64,000 bases of DNA from a virus. The position numbers and the translations under genes are program-made. The stretch lies in IMG/VR virus record IMGVR_UViG_3300047323_000545; one strand, 5' to 3'. Positions 47,748 to 56,328 of the stretch are shown piece after piece (within the stretch, counting starts at the first letter, position 1; each line of letters opens with the position of its first letter). Below the pieces are notes generated by a model. That model saw nothing but the letters and a program-made list of their open reading frames with translations. It had not been told where the DNA came from and did not search any database.

Positions 47748-48265
47748 TGCTGGCCTCCCAGGAGCCCGGCGAGGTAGTCGACGTACGCGGCCCGCCCGAG
47801 CGTCCGGCCGCCGGACGCCCGGTAGACGGACTCCTTCTTCCCGAACGGCGGCCCGCCGCCGGAGTCCTTGTCGCCGCCACCGGAGCCGTCCGAGCCGCCG
47901 CTGTCGGAGCCCGAGTCGCTTGAGTCGCTGCCTCCGCCGAACGGAGGCGCACCACCGCCGTCCTCGGCCCCGTCCGCGCCTTCAGCGCCCGGCGGCATCG
48001 CGTTCGGGTCGTTGGGGTCACCGCCCGGCGGCATCCCGGGCATGGTCGGAGGCGGCATCCCGGGGATCTGCATCGGCATTCCGTCGATCGTCTGAGGGAA
48101 CGCCGAGTACATCGGCTGCACCCTGACCAGGAACGACTGATTGCAGAACGAGCACTCCGTGTTGCCGTCCGAGCGGCCGATGACCTGCCCCGATCCGCAG
48201 AACGGGCAGTGCGCGATCGTGATCCCGTCGCCGGACTGATGCGCCACCACTACGCGCAGCGTCAT
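47744..48265 (-). CDS. Zn-ribbon protein with Pro- and Asp/Ser/Gly-rich tail
   Basis: HCPFCGSG...ECSFC. Confidence 0.7.
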   Translation of the reverse strand: MTLRVVVAHQSGDGITIAHCPFCGSGQVIGRSDGNTECSFCNQSFLVRVQPMYSAFPQTIDGMPMQIPGMPPPTMPGMPPGGDPNDPNAMPPGAEGADGAEDGGGAPPFGGGSDSSDSGSDSGGSDGSGGGDKDSGGGPPFGKKESVYRASGGRTLGRAAYVDYLAGLLGGQQ

Positions 48266-48276
48266 ACCGCTCACCT

Positions 48277-48311
48277 CCACCCCCTACAGGTGGAGCGACG
48301 CCCCCGGACAG
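48277..48311 (-). promoter_or_regulatory. Putative late promoter
   Basis: CTGTC-N21-AGGGGGTGG, next to a terminator hairpin at 48317-48347. Confidence 0.68.
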
Positions 48312-48405
48312 CACAACGCCCCTCCTGACGTCTAGGCAGGAGGGGCGAGTAGCCCGCGCGTGTGGATGCCGAATCGCGACAGGCTGGTGGCCATGGGGCC
48401 TTCGG

Positions 48406-48762
48406 CTACGGTACCGGTTCCGGGACGGGCCGGGGGCCGGTTCCGTCGTACGGGAGAGCCAGTCCGGCGTCGATCAGCGCCTGGCCCAGGTCCTCGGTGC
48501 CGGACAGGACCGTCGCGAGGTAGCGACCGTACTTCTCCCGCTTGTCCTTCTGGGTCCGGACGGTGAGCACCGGCCCATGTTTCTGGACCCAGTCCCGGAC
48601 GAAGGCGGTGGCCTTGTCGCCGAGTTCGGTGCCGTGCTCGGCGGCGTTGATGCCGAGGAGGCGCGCCCGCTGCCTGGTGAGCACTCCGAACCCGAGGTCG
48701 AGCTGCAGGTCCAGGGTGTCGCCGTCGACCACCTTCTCCACGGTGGCCTGGTAGATGAACAC
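48406..48762 (-). CDS. Thermonuclease (SNase-like)
   Basis: VVDGDT, RLLGINAAE, EKYGRYLA. Confidence 0.9.
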   Translation of the reverse strand: MFIYQATVEKVVDGDTLDLQLDLGFGVLTRQRARLLGINAAEHGTELGDKATAFVRDWVQKHGPVLTVRTQKDKREKYGRYLATVLSGTEDLGQALIDAGLALPYDGTGPRPVPEPVP

Positions 48763-48975
48763 CTACTGACCTCCGAAGATGATGTGCGGGATGAACCAGG
48801 CCGTCAGGCCCAGCCAGGCGATGACGAAGGCCGCCTTGCCGGGCCGGGTGCTGGTGTGGAACCAGGTCCGAACCCGCTCGGAGAGCGTGTCGCCCAGCTT
48901 GCCGTTGAAGACGCCGTACATCTCGTAGGCGAACGCGGTGCCGAGAATGGCTCCCCAGGTGAGGTTCGGGTCCAT
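48763..48975 (-). CDS. Small membrane protein
   Basis: Two TMs around DTLSERVRTWF. Confidence 0.65.
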   Translation of the reverse strand: MDPNLTWGAILGTAFAYEMYGVFNGKLGDTLSERVRTWFHTSTRPGKAAFVIAWLGLTAWFIPHIIFGGQ

Positions 48976-48983
48976 CGCTGCTC

Positions 48984-50225
48984 CTACTCGAACAGGCTGT
49001 GCTGGAGGCTGGCCCGGTGGGAGAAGGCGTGCTCGGCCGGGTCGGTCGGCAGCGACTGCTGGCCACCGGCGGGCGCGCCGCTGTCGGGGTGGGAGAAGTC
49101 GGTCACCACCGACCGCACCGGCGGCTCACCCGTCCCGCGCTCGCCCGGCTCCGCGTGGGAGAACGGCAGCCTGGAAGGGGTGCGCCCCAGTTCGTCCAGA
49201 CTGTGCTCCATGTCGTCGGTCCTCCGGTCGTGCGCCTGCTGCAGGTACTTCGTGCGCTGCTCGGTGTCCGCCGGGCTCTCGAAGCGGTCCGCGCGCGGGG
49301 TGTCCCACTTGTGGTTCATCTCGGCCTGGTCGCCGTTCAGCCGGTTCATGATGTCGTTGAACTCGCGGCGCCCCTGCTCGTCGTGATGACGAGTGACGGC
49401 GTCATCGACGTGGTCGGAGGCCGCGTTGTTGCTCGGGGTGATCAGCGGGGCCCGCCCGGGGGCCGGGGCCGACGGCGCCGGAGTCGAGGACGGCGCCGGG
49501 GTGTGCTGCGCATCCTCGCCGCCGTGCCACCAGTCCTTCAGCCGCTGGTAGAACCCGGCTACGGTCGGGTCCAGGGAGGCAGCCGAACCGAGGCCCTCTT
49601 CCAGGCCGTCCAGGCGCTTGTTGACCTCGTCGAAGGTGCTGGAGCCGCCGTTGGCGCCCGGGTCGGCCGCCGGGCCGCTGGCGCTCTCCGGAAGAGCCTT
49701 GGGCAGCTGGCCCGGGGTGAAGTTCTTGGCCCGGTTGGTGACCGGGCCGTCGTGCGTGCCGCCCCACGACTCGTACGCCAGCGGGTAGGCGTCGGCGTGC
49801 ACCCGGACGGCCTCGGTGGCCAGCTTCAGGCACTCGACCATCGGCACGCCGGGGTTCTGCCGCGCCGCCACGGCGGCCAGGCGGGCCGCCACGGTGTCCA
49901 TGGCCTGCTCCTGGGCGGCCGTCACCTGCCGCCGGGCGGCCGTCTTCTGAGCGGTCGCCGTACGCGTCTGGGACAGCAGCTGCCATCGCTCGGTCAGGTC
50001 GCCGGTCAGGTCCTGCAGCGGGTAACCGCGCAGGGACGCCACGGCCTGCAGCTGCGAGTCGGCCAGCGCGAACCGGTTGACCAGGTCGACGTCGTTGGCC
50101 GCCTGGTAGAGGAACTGGCCGACCATGCGCTCGGCGTCGTTCAGGGCGGCCGTACGGGCCAGCTCACGACGCTCGTGGTCGAGGTCGCGGCCGGTCTCGT
50201 CCCACATCAGGGATGCGATGTCCAT
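48984..50225 (-). CDS. Putative internal head protein
   Basis: Late operon; helical N-terminus then low-complexity segments with repeated TAA/HAS motifs. Confidence 0.6.
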   Translation of the reverse strand: MDIASLMWDETGRDLDHERRELARTAALNDAERMVGQFLYQAANDVDLVNRFALADSQLQAVASLRGYPLQDLTGDLTERWQLLSQTRTATAQKTAARRQVTAAQEQAMDTVAARLAAVAARQNPGVPMVECLKLATEAVRVHADAYPLAYESWGGTHDGPVTNRAKNFTPGQLPKALPESASGPAADPGANGGSSTFDEVNKRLDGLEEGLGSAASLDPTVAGFYQRLKDWWHGGEDAQHTPAPSSTPAPSAPAPGRAPLITPSNNAASDHVDDAVTRHHDEQGRREFNDIMNRLNGDQAEMNHKWDTPRADRFESPADTEQRTKYLQQAHDRRTDDMEHSLDELGRTPSRLPFSHAEPGERGTGEPPVRSVVTDFSHPDSGAPAGGQQSLPTDPAEHAFSHRASLQHSLFE

Positions 50226-50228
50226 GGG

Positions 50229-52394
50229 TCAGGCGCCCTTTCGCTCGGCGAGGAGGCCCGACTGCACGCGTCGGCGGAACGCAGCCGCCGTCGGGGACAG
50301 GCCGGAGCCGGAGTTGTACGCGGACGCCATGCCGCTGTCGGGTATGGTCACCGGCTGGCCCTGCGGCACGGCCGCCGAGGACGGCACGACCGGCTGGCCC
50401 ATCGGCTCGGCCCCGTTGTAGGGGGCGGCACCGGCCGGGGCGGCTGCGTCCATCTGTCCCGCGAGCGGGCCGGGCTTGCCGGGGCCGTTGATCGGGGTGT
50501 CGCCGGACGGCGACGGCGAGGTGGACGGGTTGGTGGTGGCCAGGTCGATCCCGGTGGCGGCCTGGACCTGCAGGTAGGTGCCATCGGTGGGCAGCGCCTG
50601 CGCGGCGGCCACCTTGTGGGTCAGCTCCCGGTGCTGGGCGATCCGGCGGCCCAGGGCGGGCTCGACGGACGTCAAGGCCGCGTGCGCGGACAGCCACGCA
50701 CCGCGCGAGTGCGGGTTGTCGGTGAACCCGGCGTAGATACCGGCCTCCAGCTCCGGCGAGCCGGGCCGGACCACCGGAGTGCCCTCCTTCCAGCGGGCCG
50801 CGTACTTGTAGCCCTTCTGGAAGTCCGGGTGCTGCATGTCCTGCCGGGACGCCACGCGACGCGAGGCGAACGCGGGGTGCTTCAGGGACTGCCCGTTGTC
50901 ACCGCCCATGGAGTACGGCACGTCCTGCGCGGGCGCGGCCGGGGCAGTGCTGGTGTAGCCCTGGGTGTACTGGGGCGCGGCGTGTGCGTCACCGAACGAG
51001 GGCGCCGTGTCTGCCGCGCGGGCGTCCGCAGCGCCGTCACCGGCCTGCCCGACGTTCCTGGGCGGCGTGGAGCGCGGCGAGTTGGCGATGTTCGGCTCGA
51101 TGATCTGGTTCGGCTGGGTCCACTGGTCGGCCCGCCGCTGCAGGGAGGCGTGCGGCTGGTGGCCGGAGGAGACCTGGCCGCCCTGGTCGTACTGGGCGTC
51201 GCCGGTCATGCCGTGGGCCTCGCCGCCCTCGTCCAGCGTCCACGGGAACGCCACGGTGGTCGGCAGCGGCGTCTTGTGGTCCTGGTCGTGGACGTCGACC
51301 GACTGCTGGACCTGCTCCAGGCCGGACGCGGCCGTCTTGGGCCGCTGGGAGACGTCACCGGCCTCCTGGGTCTGCTCGGTCTCCTCCTGCGCCGGTTCGG
51401 CCTGCGGAGTGGCGTTGGTCGGCCCGCCCTGCGCCGGGAGGTCCCCGGAGATGGAGTGGCCGCCCGCGCGCTCCGGCGAGGAGCTGCCGCCACCGCCGGA
51501 CAGGGACGGCTCGGCGCCGGGGCCGGTCAGCTGGCCGCTGCTGTCGTGGCCGCCGGGCTGCTCGGGGCTGGAGTTCCCGCCCTGCTGGGACATCTGGATC
51601 GCCGGGGCCGCGCTGGAGGTCTCCGTGCCGGAGACGGCGGTGTTGATGTCGGCGACCGGCGGCGCGAAGTTGTCGAAGACGTCCGGGGGCAGCGGGGTCG
51701 GCTTGTTGGTGACGCCGTCCGGCGCGGTGGTCTGCTGGATCTGGTCCACGCCCGAGGCGGCCTCGACGGTGACGGCCTGGGTGCGCAGGAACGTCGCGTA
51801 GCCGACGAAGATGTCCTCGGCCGTCTGGGACTGCGCGCCGAGGCTCGCGCTGACCTGGCGGGCCTTGCCGACGGCCTGCTCGGCGAACTCCTCCTGGTCG
51901 GCCTTGACGAAGTCCGGCACGCCGCCGAACCACAGCGCGGCCTGCGCGATCAGCTGGCCGTGGTCGAACGGGGTGTCGGCGACCTCGGTGTCCAGCCAGT
52001 CGGACGCGGACGTGCCGCGCGCGACGGAGGAGACAACCGGGGTGAACCTCTCCCGGATCGAGGTGTCGGCCAGGTCCGCCTCGTGGTCCAGCGCGGCGGT
52101 GCGCTGCGCGGCACGGTCGAACTCGTGAAGCTGGGCGACGAGCTTGAGCTGCTCGTCGAACGATGCGGCACGCTCGATCCGCTGCAGCAGCTCGGAGCGG
52201 TCAGGGCTGGGCATGCTGTTCTCCTCCTGCGCGCCCGCGCGGCGCATCCGGCGACGTACGGAACGGTCTTCGCGGGAGGGGTTGCGGCGTGGGCCGCGCG
52301 CAGCAGGACGCATCGGCTCGCGAGAGGACTCCTCGGCGGTCCAGGACTCGTCCGTCCACAGGTCGTCCGGTGCGTCGTGTCGAGCGTCGTACAT
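50229..52394 (-). CDS. Large low-complexity putative internal head/core protein (alternative start 52214)
   Basis: Internal repeat AASG(V/L)(D/E)Q(I/V)QQ...TPLP; first gene after a late promoter. Confidence 0.65.
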   Translation of the reverse strand: MYDARHDAPDDLWTDESWTAEESSREPMRPAARGPRRNPSREDRSVRRRMRRAGAQEENSMPSPDRSELLQRIERAASFDEQLKLVAQLHEFDRAAQRTAALDHEADLADTSIRERFTPVVSSVARGTSASDWLDTEVADTPFDHGQLIAQAALWFGGVPDFVKADQEEFAEQAVGKARQVSASLGAQSQTAEDIFVGYATFLRTQAVTVEAASGVDQIQQTTAPDGVTNKPTPLPPDVFDNFAPPVADINTAVSGTETSSAAPAIQMSQQGGNSSPEQPGGHDSSGQLTGPGAEPSLSGGGGSSSPERAGGHSISGDLPAQGGPTNATPQAEPAQEETEQTQEAGDVSQRPKTAASGLEQVQQSVDVHDQDHKTPLPTTVAFPWTLDEGGEAHGMTGDAQYDQGGQVSSGHQPHASLQRRADQWTQPNQIIEPNIANSPRSTPPRNVGQAGDGAADARAADTAPSFGDAHAAPQYTQGYTSTAPAAPAQDVPYSMGGDNGQSLKHPAFASRRVASRQDMQHPDFQKGYKYAARWKEGTPVVRPGSPELEAGIYAGFTDNPHSRGAWLSAHAALTSVEPALGRRIAQHRELTHKVAAAQALPTDGTYLQVQAATGIDLATTNPSTSPSPSGDTPINGPGKPGPLAGQMDAAAPAGAAPYNGAEPMGQPVVPSSAAVPQGQPVTIPDSGMASAYNSGSGLSPTAAAFRRRVQSGLLAERKGA

Positions 52395-52411
52395 GCAAAT
52401 CACCCCTCCTT

Positions 52412-52447
52412 CCGCCCCTTGAGGGGGCCGAGAGAGGGGTGAGACAG
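52412..52447 (-). promoter_or_regulatory. Putative late promoter
   Basis: CTGTC-N22-AAGGGGCGG. Confidence 0.7.
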
Positions 52448-52461
52448 GAAGAGGGGGTGGG

Positions 52462-52707
52462 TCAGTCGGAGACGGGCTCCTTGGCGGGCGTGTACTCCAG
52501 GATGTCGCCGACGCCGCAGTCCAGTACGCGGCAGATGGCGGAGAGGGTGGCGAAGCGGACGGCGGCGACCTTGGCGTTGCGCAGCTTGGAGATATTCGCC
52601 TCCGTGATGCCAGCCTGCCGGGCCAGCTCGGCCGGGCTCATGCCGCGCTCGCGGAGGATGGCGTCGAGGCGGATGGTGATCTCGTGCTCAAAGTCGGTGG
52701 GCGGCAT
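52462..52707 (-). CDS. Xre/Cro-C1 HTH regulator (YozG-like)
   Basis: IRLDAILRERGMSPAELARQAGITEANISKL...VRFATLSAICRVLDC.VGDILEY. Confidence 0.9.
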   Translation of the reverse strand: MPPTDFEHEITIRLDAILRERGMSPAELARQAGITEANISKLRNAKVAAVRFATLSAICRVLDCGVGDILEYTPAKEPVSD

Positions 52708-52708
52708 G

Positions 52709-53281
52709 TCAGACCACGTTCTCCAGCTCGGCGTCGAGCTTCTTCGCCCGTTCGTGCTCTGCCACCCACTTGATGCGGTTGCCGACCGCTCCGACCAGCA
52801 GCAGGGCGAACGCTCCGCCGGACATCACCGAGCCCAGATCGAACTGGTTCGAGGGCACGTCGATGCCGAAGTAGAACTTGGTGATGACGCCGATGAAGCC
52901 GGGGGCGAGGATGATCAGGATGCTTGCGATGCCGACCGTGATCATCACTCGCCGCGCCCGCGTCTTGGCGTAGTGGTCGTAACGGCTCTCCCACATGAGG
53001 TAGCTGTACGCAAGGACTACCAAGGCGACCTGCAGGAGGCTCGGCAGGGCGGCGACGAGGCGGTCGGTGAAGCTCGGGTCCGCCAGCTCGACTGTGACGG
53101 CCTGGACGGCGCCGGGGAGGTCCTTCGGCGCGGGTGTGCCAGTCTCCTTCGCGCTGACCATGGGGTGCAGCAGCGTCTGGAGGGAGTTGTAGGCGGCGAA
53201 GACCATGAGGGCCACGGGGAGCGCCGTCCTGGTGGACCGCGTGAGCATCCAGTTGGCGACGGCTTCGGTGCGAGATGTCAT
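52709..53281 (-). CDS. DUF2975-like membrane protein
   Basis: Four TMs, C-terminal AKKLDAELENVV; usual partner of the YozG-like HTH. Confidence 0.7.
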   Translation of the reverse strand: MTSRTEAVANWMLTRSTRTALPVALMVFAAYNSLQTLLHPMVSAKETGTPAPKDLPGAVQAVTVELADPSFTDRLVAALPSLLQVALVVLAYSYLMWESRYDHYAKTRARRVMITVGIASILIILAPGFIGVITKFYFGIDVPSNQFDLGSVMSGGAFALLLVGAVGNRIKWVAEHERAKKLDAELENVV

Positions 53282-53294
53282 GGCGAGGTGAGTC

Positions 53295-53352
53295 CTTATC
53301 GTGGACGATAACGATTAGCTCGATGATAGTTATCGTCCACGATAAGAGTCAA
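53295..53352 (-). promoter_or_regulatory. Sigma70-type promoter TTGACT-N18-TATCAT with two palindromic operators TTATCG-N4-CGATAA
   Basis: Perfect 18-bp inverted repeat CTTATCGTGGACGATAAC/GTTATCGTCCACGATAAG. Confidence 0.8.
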
Positions 53353-53357
53353 GCGGG

Positions 53358-55094
53358 TTAGCGGCCCTTCCAGTTCGGAAGGTGCGGGCCGATGTAGCCG
53401 ACGTGGACCTTCTCGGTCGGTCCGCAGGTGTCGTCGTAGAAGTGCATCCGGGGCGCCGGGCCGCCGCTGCCCTGCCCGATCCGGACGTGGAGCCCCATGA
53501 ACACCTCGCCCAGGCCCGGCACTTCGAACAGCCGGGTCCGCTTCCAGTCGCTCCCGGTGCGCTCCAGGCTCACCTCGGAGGGCCGGAACCAGGTCCGGGG
53601 GATCAGGTCGGTGGCCTGCGGCCACTCCAGGTACGTCGCGAAGTGCGGCAGCACGTGCGTGCCGTGCTCCTTCTTGGCCGCGACGTAGGCGTTCAGCGCC
53701 TCCATCGTGTTCCACGTCCGCCGCAGCCACGACGTCGAGGACGCGTGCCCGTACAGCTTCTGCAGCGGAGCCCGCACGCTGTCGAGGACCTGCACATGCT
53801 CCAGCAGCTCGGGCGCCAGCTCCAGCAGCTCCTGCCAGCTCTCCGGCCCCCTGGACGGCTCCGGCACCGGCTCCCCGTACGCCCGGCCCGGCACCTGCGC
53901 CAGCTGACGGCGCAGCCATCCCACCTCGCCGGTCAGCCGCTCCACCTCGGCATCGGACAGCTCGCTGAGCGCCTGCGCCTCCTGGGCCTGCCGCTCGGCC
54001 TCCTTCGCCTGCTGGGCCAGCGGCTGTGCGCGCAGCTCCTGCAGCCTGCTCTCGGCGTCGTCCCTGGACGCCCGCACCTGCTGAGCCATCTTCCGCTCGT
54101 CGTCCAGGACGCCCTGCAGGTCGGCCAGCTGCCGCTCCAGCTCACGGGTACGCTCGACGGCCTGGTCCTTCTCCAGCAGTATCCGCTTGGGCGCCACCGT
54201 GATCTCCGGCAACACCCACGTCTCGCGCAGGTCCTTCACGCACCAGCGGGCCGCGCTACCGTAGTGCGGCCGGAGCGCGGCGTACCGGGTGACGGCCTCG
54301 GCCGTCTCCTTCAGCAGCTGCTCCATGTTCCCGCCGGACGGCCGCCGCACACGGTAGTCGGCCCAGCCCCACTCCTCCTGGCGAGGACTCGTCGGTAGGA
54401 TCAGCGCCCCGCCCCGAGACAGCTGCAGCCTGCTCTCCGGCAGCACGGTGGGGGTGTTGACGAGCCGGTCCTGATCCCCGAAGACGCGCACCTCCACCAC
54501 CCGCCCTCGCAGGGAAGGGGGCAGGTAGGTGCCGAGCGTGGGTTCCGTCTCGTGCACCACAGCGCTGATCGGCCGCTTGTCGTGGGTGATGACGGTGATG
54601 TACCAGGAGGCCGCCGACATGGCGGAGAACATCTTGCTGTAGTCCGGGAGGTCCACTCCCTTGGTGAAGGTGTAGTCGACCAGCGGCATGCGCCCGGAGA
54701 CCCAGTCATACGGGCGGACATCGCCGAACATGATCATCGGCGACTGCCAGTCCAGGTTCCAGGGGCTGTCGGCCTCGGCCGTCAGCCTCCAGCACATCTC
54801 GATGTTGACGTCGCTGGTGTCCAGCTTCTTCTTGGACAGCCTCAGGAGGGCGGCTGCAGTCAGGTCCGGCTGCAGCTCCAGCCGGGCCTTGATGCGGTCG
54901 CCGTCCCAGGTGCGCCAGGCGGCGTCGAACCCCCACCACCACTTCGGGTCGTCGGAGGGGGTGAACTCCCTCCAGTGCTGGAACGGCTCCTGCTGCAGGC
55001 GCTGGCGGATCGCCCGCAGAGAGCTGGAGTTCTTCACTCGACCGCTGGTGTGCCAGACCGTCTCCGGCCAAGGCTGAAGCGACTTCCGCTTCAT
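53358..55094 (-). CDS. Coiled-coil protein with C-terminal RelE-like (putative RNase) domain
   Basis: Central coiled coil; C-terminal HVRIG...PRMHFYDD...VHVGYIGPHLPN. Confidence 0.6.
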   Translation of the reverse strand: MKRKSLQPWPETVWHTSGRVKNSSSLRAIRQRLQQEPFQHWREFTPSDDPKWWWGFDAAWRTWDGDRIKARLELQPDLTAAALLRLSKKKLDTSDVNIEMCWRLTAEADSPWNLDWQSPMIMFGDVRPYDWVSGRMPLVDYTFTKGVDLPDYSKMFSAMSAASWYITVITHDKRPISAVVHETEPTLGTYLPPSLRGRVVEVRVFGDQDRLVNTPTVLPESRLQLSRGGALILPTSPRQEEWGWADYRVRRPSGGNMEQLLKETAEAVTRYAALRPHYGSAARWCVKDLRETWVLPEITVAPKRILLEKDQAVERTRELERQLADLQGVLDDERKMAQQVRASRDDAESRLQELRAQPLAQQAKEAERQAQEAQALSELSDAEVERLTGEVGWLRRQLAQVPGRAYGEPVPEPSRGPESWQELLELAPELLEHVQVLDSVRAPLQKLYGHASSTSWLRRTWNTMEALNAYVAAKKEHGTHVLPHFATYLEWPQATDLIPRTWFRPSEVSLERTGSDWKRTRLFEVPGLGEVFMGLHVRIGQGSGGPAPRMHFYDDTCGPTEKVHVGYIGPHLPNWKGR

Positions 55095-55187
55095 GGTGTT
55101 CTCCTTACGCTGGCGGTGTTTGCATTGTGGTGGCGGCCACTGACAACCACAGCCAGACCAGAGAAAACCAGCGACGAAACGTAAAGA

Positions 55188-55739
55188 TCAGCGCATTTCG
55201 TAACGAGATTCGGTGGGCCCGAACTGGTTCTGGTAGTGGTTGCCCGCGCTTCCGTACGGCCTCGTGGGGACGGCCTGCATGGGGATGAGGCACAGCTGGG
55301 CGATCGGCATCAGCCGCCGGAGCCGGATCGGCTTGCCGGACAGGTTGGCGATCTCCAGCGTGATCTGTCCGCTGAACCCCGGGTCGATGAAGCCCGCCGT
55401 CACGTGCACGGTCAGGCCCAACCGGCCCAGGGAACTCTTTCCTTCGACCCTCGCCGCCAGGTCGGGCGGCAGGGTCACACGCTCGACGGTGCAGCCGAGA
55501 AGGAAGGCTCCTGGCTCCAGCAGCCAGCCGTCCCCGTCGATCTCGTGGAGCGTGGTGTGCCCGGCTCGCACGTCCGCCACGTCGATCGCCGAACCCTCGG
55601 GGAACGGCCGATCCAACGTACGCACGTACTGGTCGAGCAGCATGTCCACGGAGGCGGGCTGTACCCGCTCCGGGTCGAACGGGGAGATGTCAAAATCTCC
55701 CGAGATGATGCGGTCTTTGATCTGCCAGTCGGCGAGCAT
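55188..55739 (-). CDS. dcd: dCTP deaminase
   Basis: VQPASVD, EGKSSLGRLGL, TAGFIDPGFSGQITLE. Confidence 0.95.
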   Translation of the reverse strand: MLADWQIKDRIISGDFDISPFDPERVQPASVDMLLDQYVRTLDRPFPEGSAIDVADVRAGHTTLHEIDGDGWLLEPGAFLLGCTVERVTLPPDLAARVEGKSSLGRLGLTVHVTAGFIDPGFSGQITLEIANLSGKPIRLRRLMPIAQLCLIPMQAVPTRPYGSAGNHYQNQFGPTESRYEMR

Positions 55740-55756
55740 GTGGTGGTCCCCTTTCT

Positions 55757-55791
55757 CCACCCCATGGGGGCGCCGACTGGCGGTGAGACAG
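55757..55791 (-). promoter_or_regulatory. Putative late promoter variant
   Basis: CTGTC-N21-ATGGGGTGG upstream of dcd. Confidence 0.55.
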
Positions 55792-55794
55792 CTA

Positions 55795-55989
55795 CTACGC
55801 GGCCCTGGCGCTCACCAGCGCCGTGGCCAGCATGTCGGCCAGGCCGGGCCGTTCGCGGACGGCGGGCTCCGTGCAGGGCCACTTCGTCACGACGATCTGG
55901 AAGTGCACCAGGTCGCCGTCGGCCTCGGTCGCCAGGCTGAAATGGACGACGCCGCAGCGCGAGCACACCTTGTCGATGGCCTTAGTCAC
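55795..55989 (-). CDS. Small hypothetical protein
   Basis: Coupled ORF, CxxC. Confidence 0.45.
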   Translation of the reverse strand: MTKAIDKVCSRCGVVHFSLATEADGDLVHFQIVVTKWPCTEPAVRERPGLADMLATALVSARAA

Positions 55990-56137
55990 GGCGGCGCCCC
56001 GGAAGGTTGCCCCAGGCCCAGAACCATATGGTGATCGCCGTGAGCGCCCCGACGAAGACGCCCGCGCCGGAGTCCTTGGCGAGCCAGGCGGCGCCGCCGG
56101 TGGCGATACCGAAGGCGGCGCCGATGAGGGTGCGCAT
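55982..56137 (-). CDS. Small membrane peptide
   Basis: MRTLIGAAFG..., start overlaps the upstream stop. Confidence 0.55.
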   Translation of the reverse strand: MRTLIGAAFGIATGGAAWLAKDSGAGVFVGALTAITIWFWAWGNLPGRRRD

Positions 56138-56328
56138 CAGTCGGTACCCCCGCTGAGCGCCCAGGCCAGGATGATGCAGCCCAGGTCCCACAGCGCGTCG
56201 GCCAGGCGGAACCACACCGCGATGATCAGGCCGATGCCGACCAGGCAGGCAATCTCCGTGCTCTGGCCCGCGTGGTGGGCGACCCCGGCGGCGATGGCGC
56301 CGAGGATCGCCCCGATCGCGAATCTCAT
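56137..56328 (-). CDS. Small membrane protein
   Basis: MRFAIGAILG..., hydrophobic. Confidence 0.55.
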   Translation of the reverse strand: MRFAIGAILGAIAAGVAHHAGQSTEIACLVGIGLIIAVWFRLADALWDLGCIILAWALSGGTD

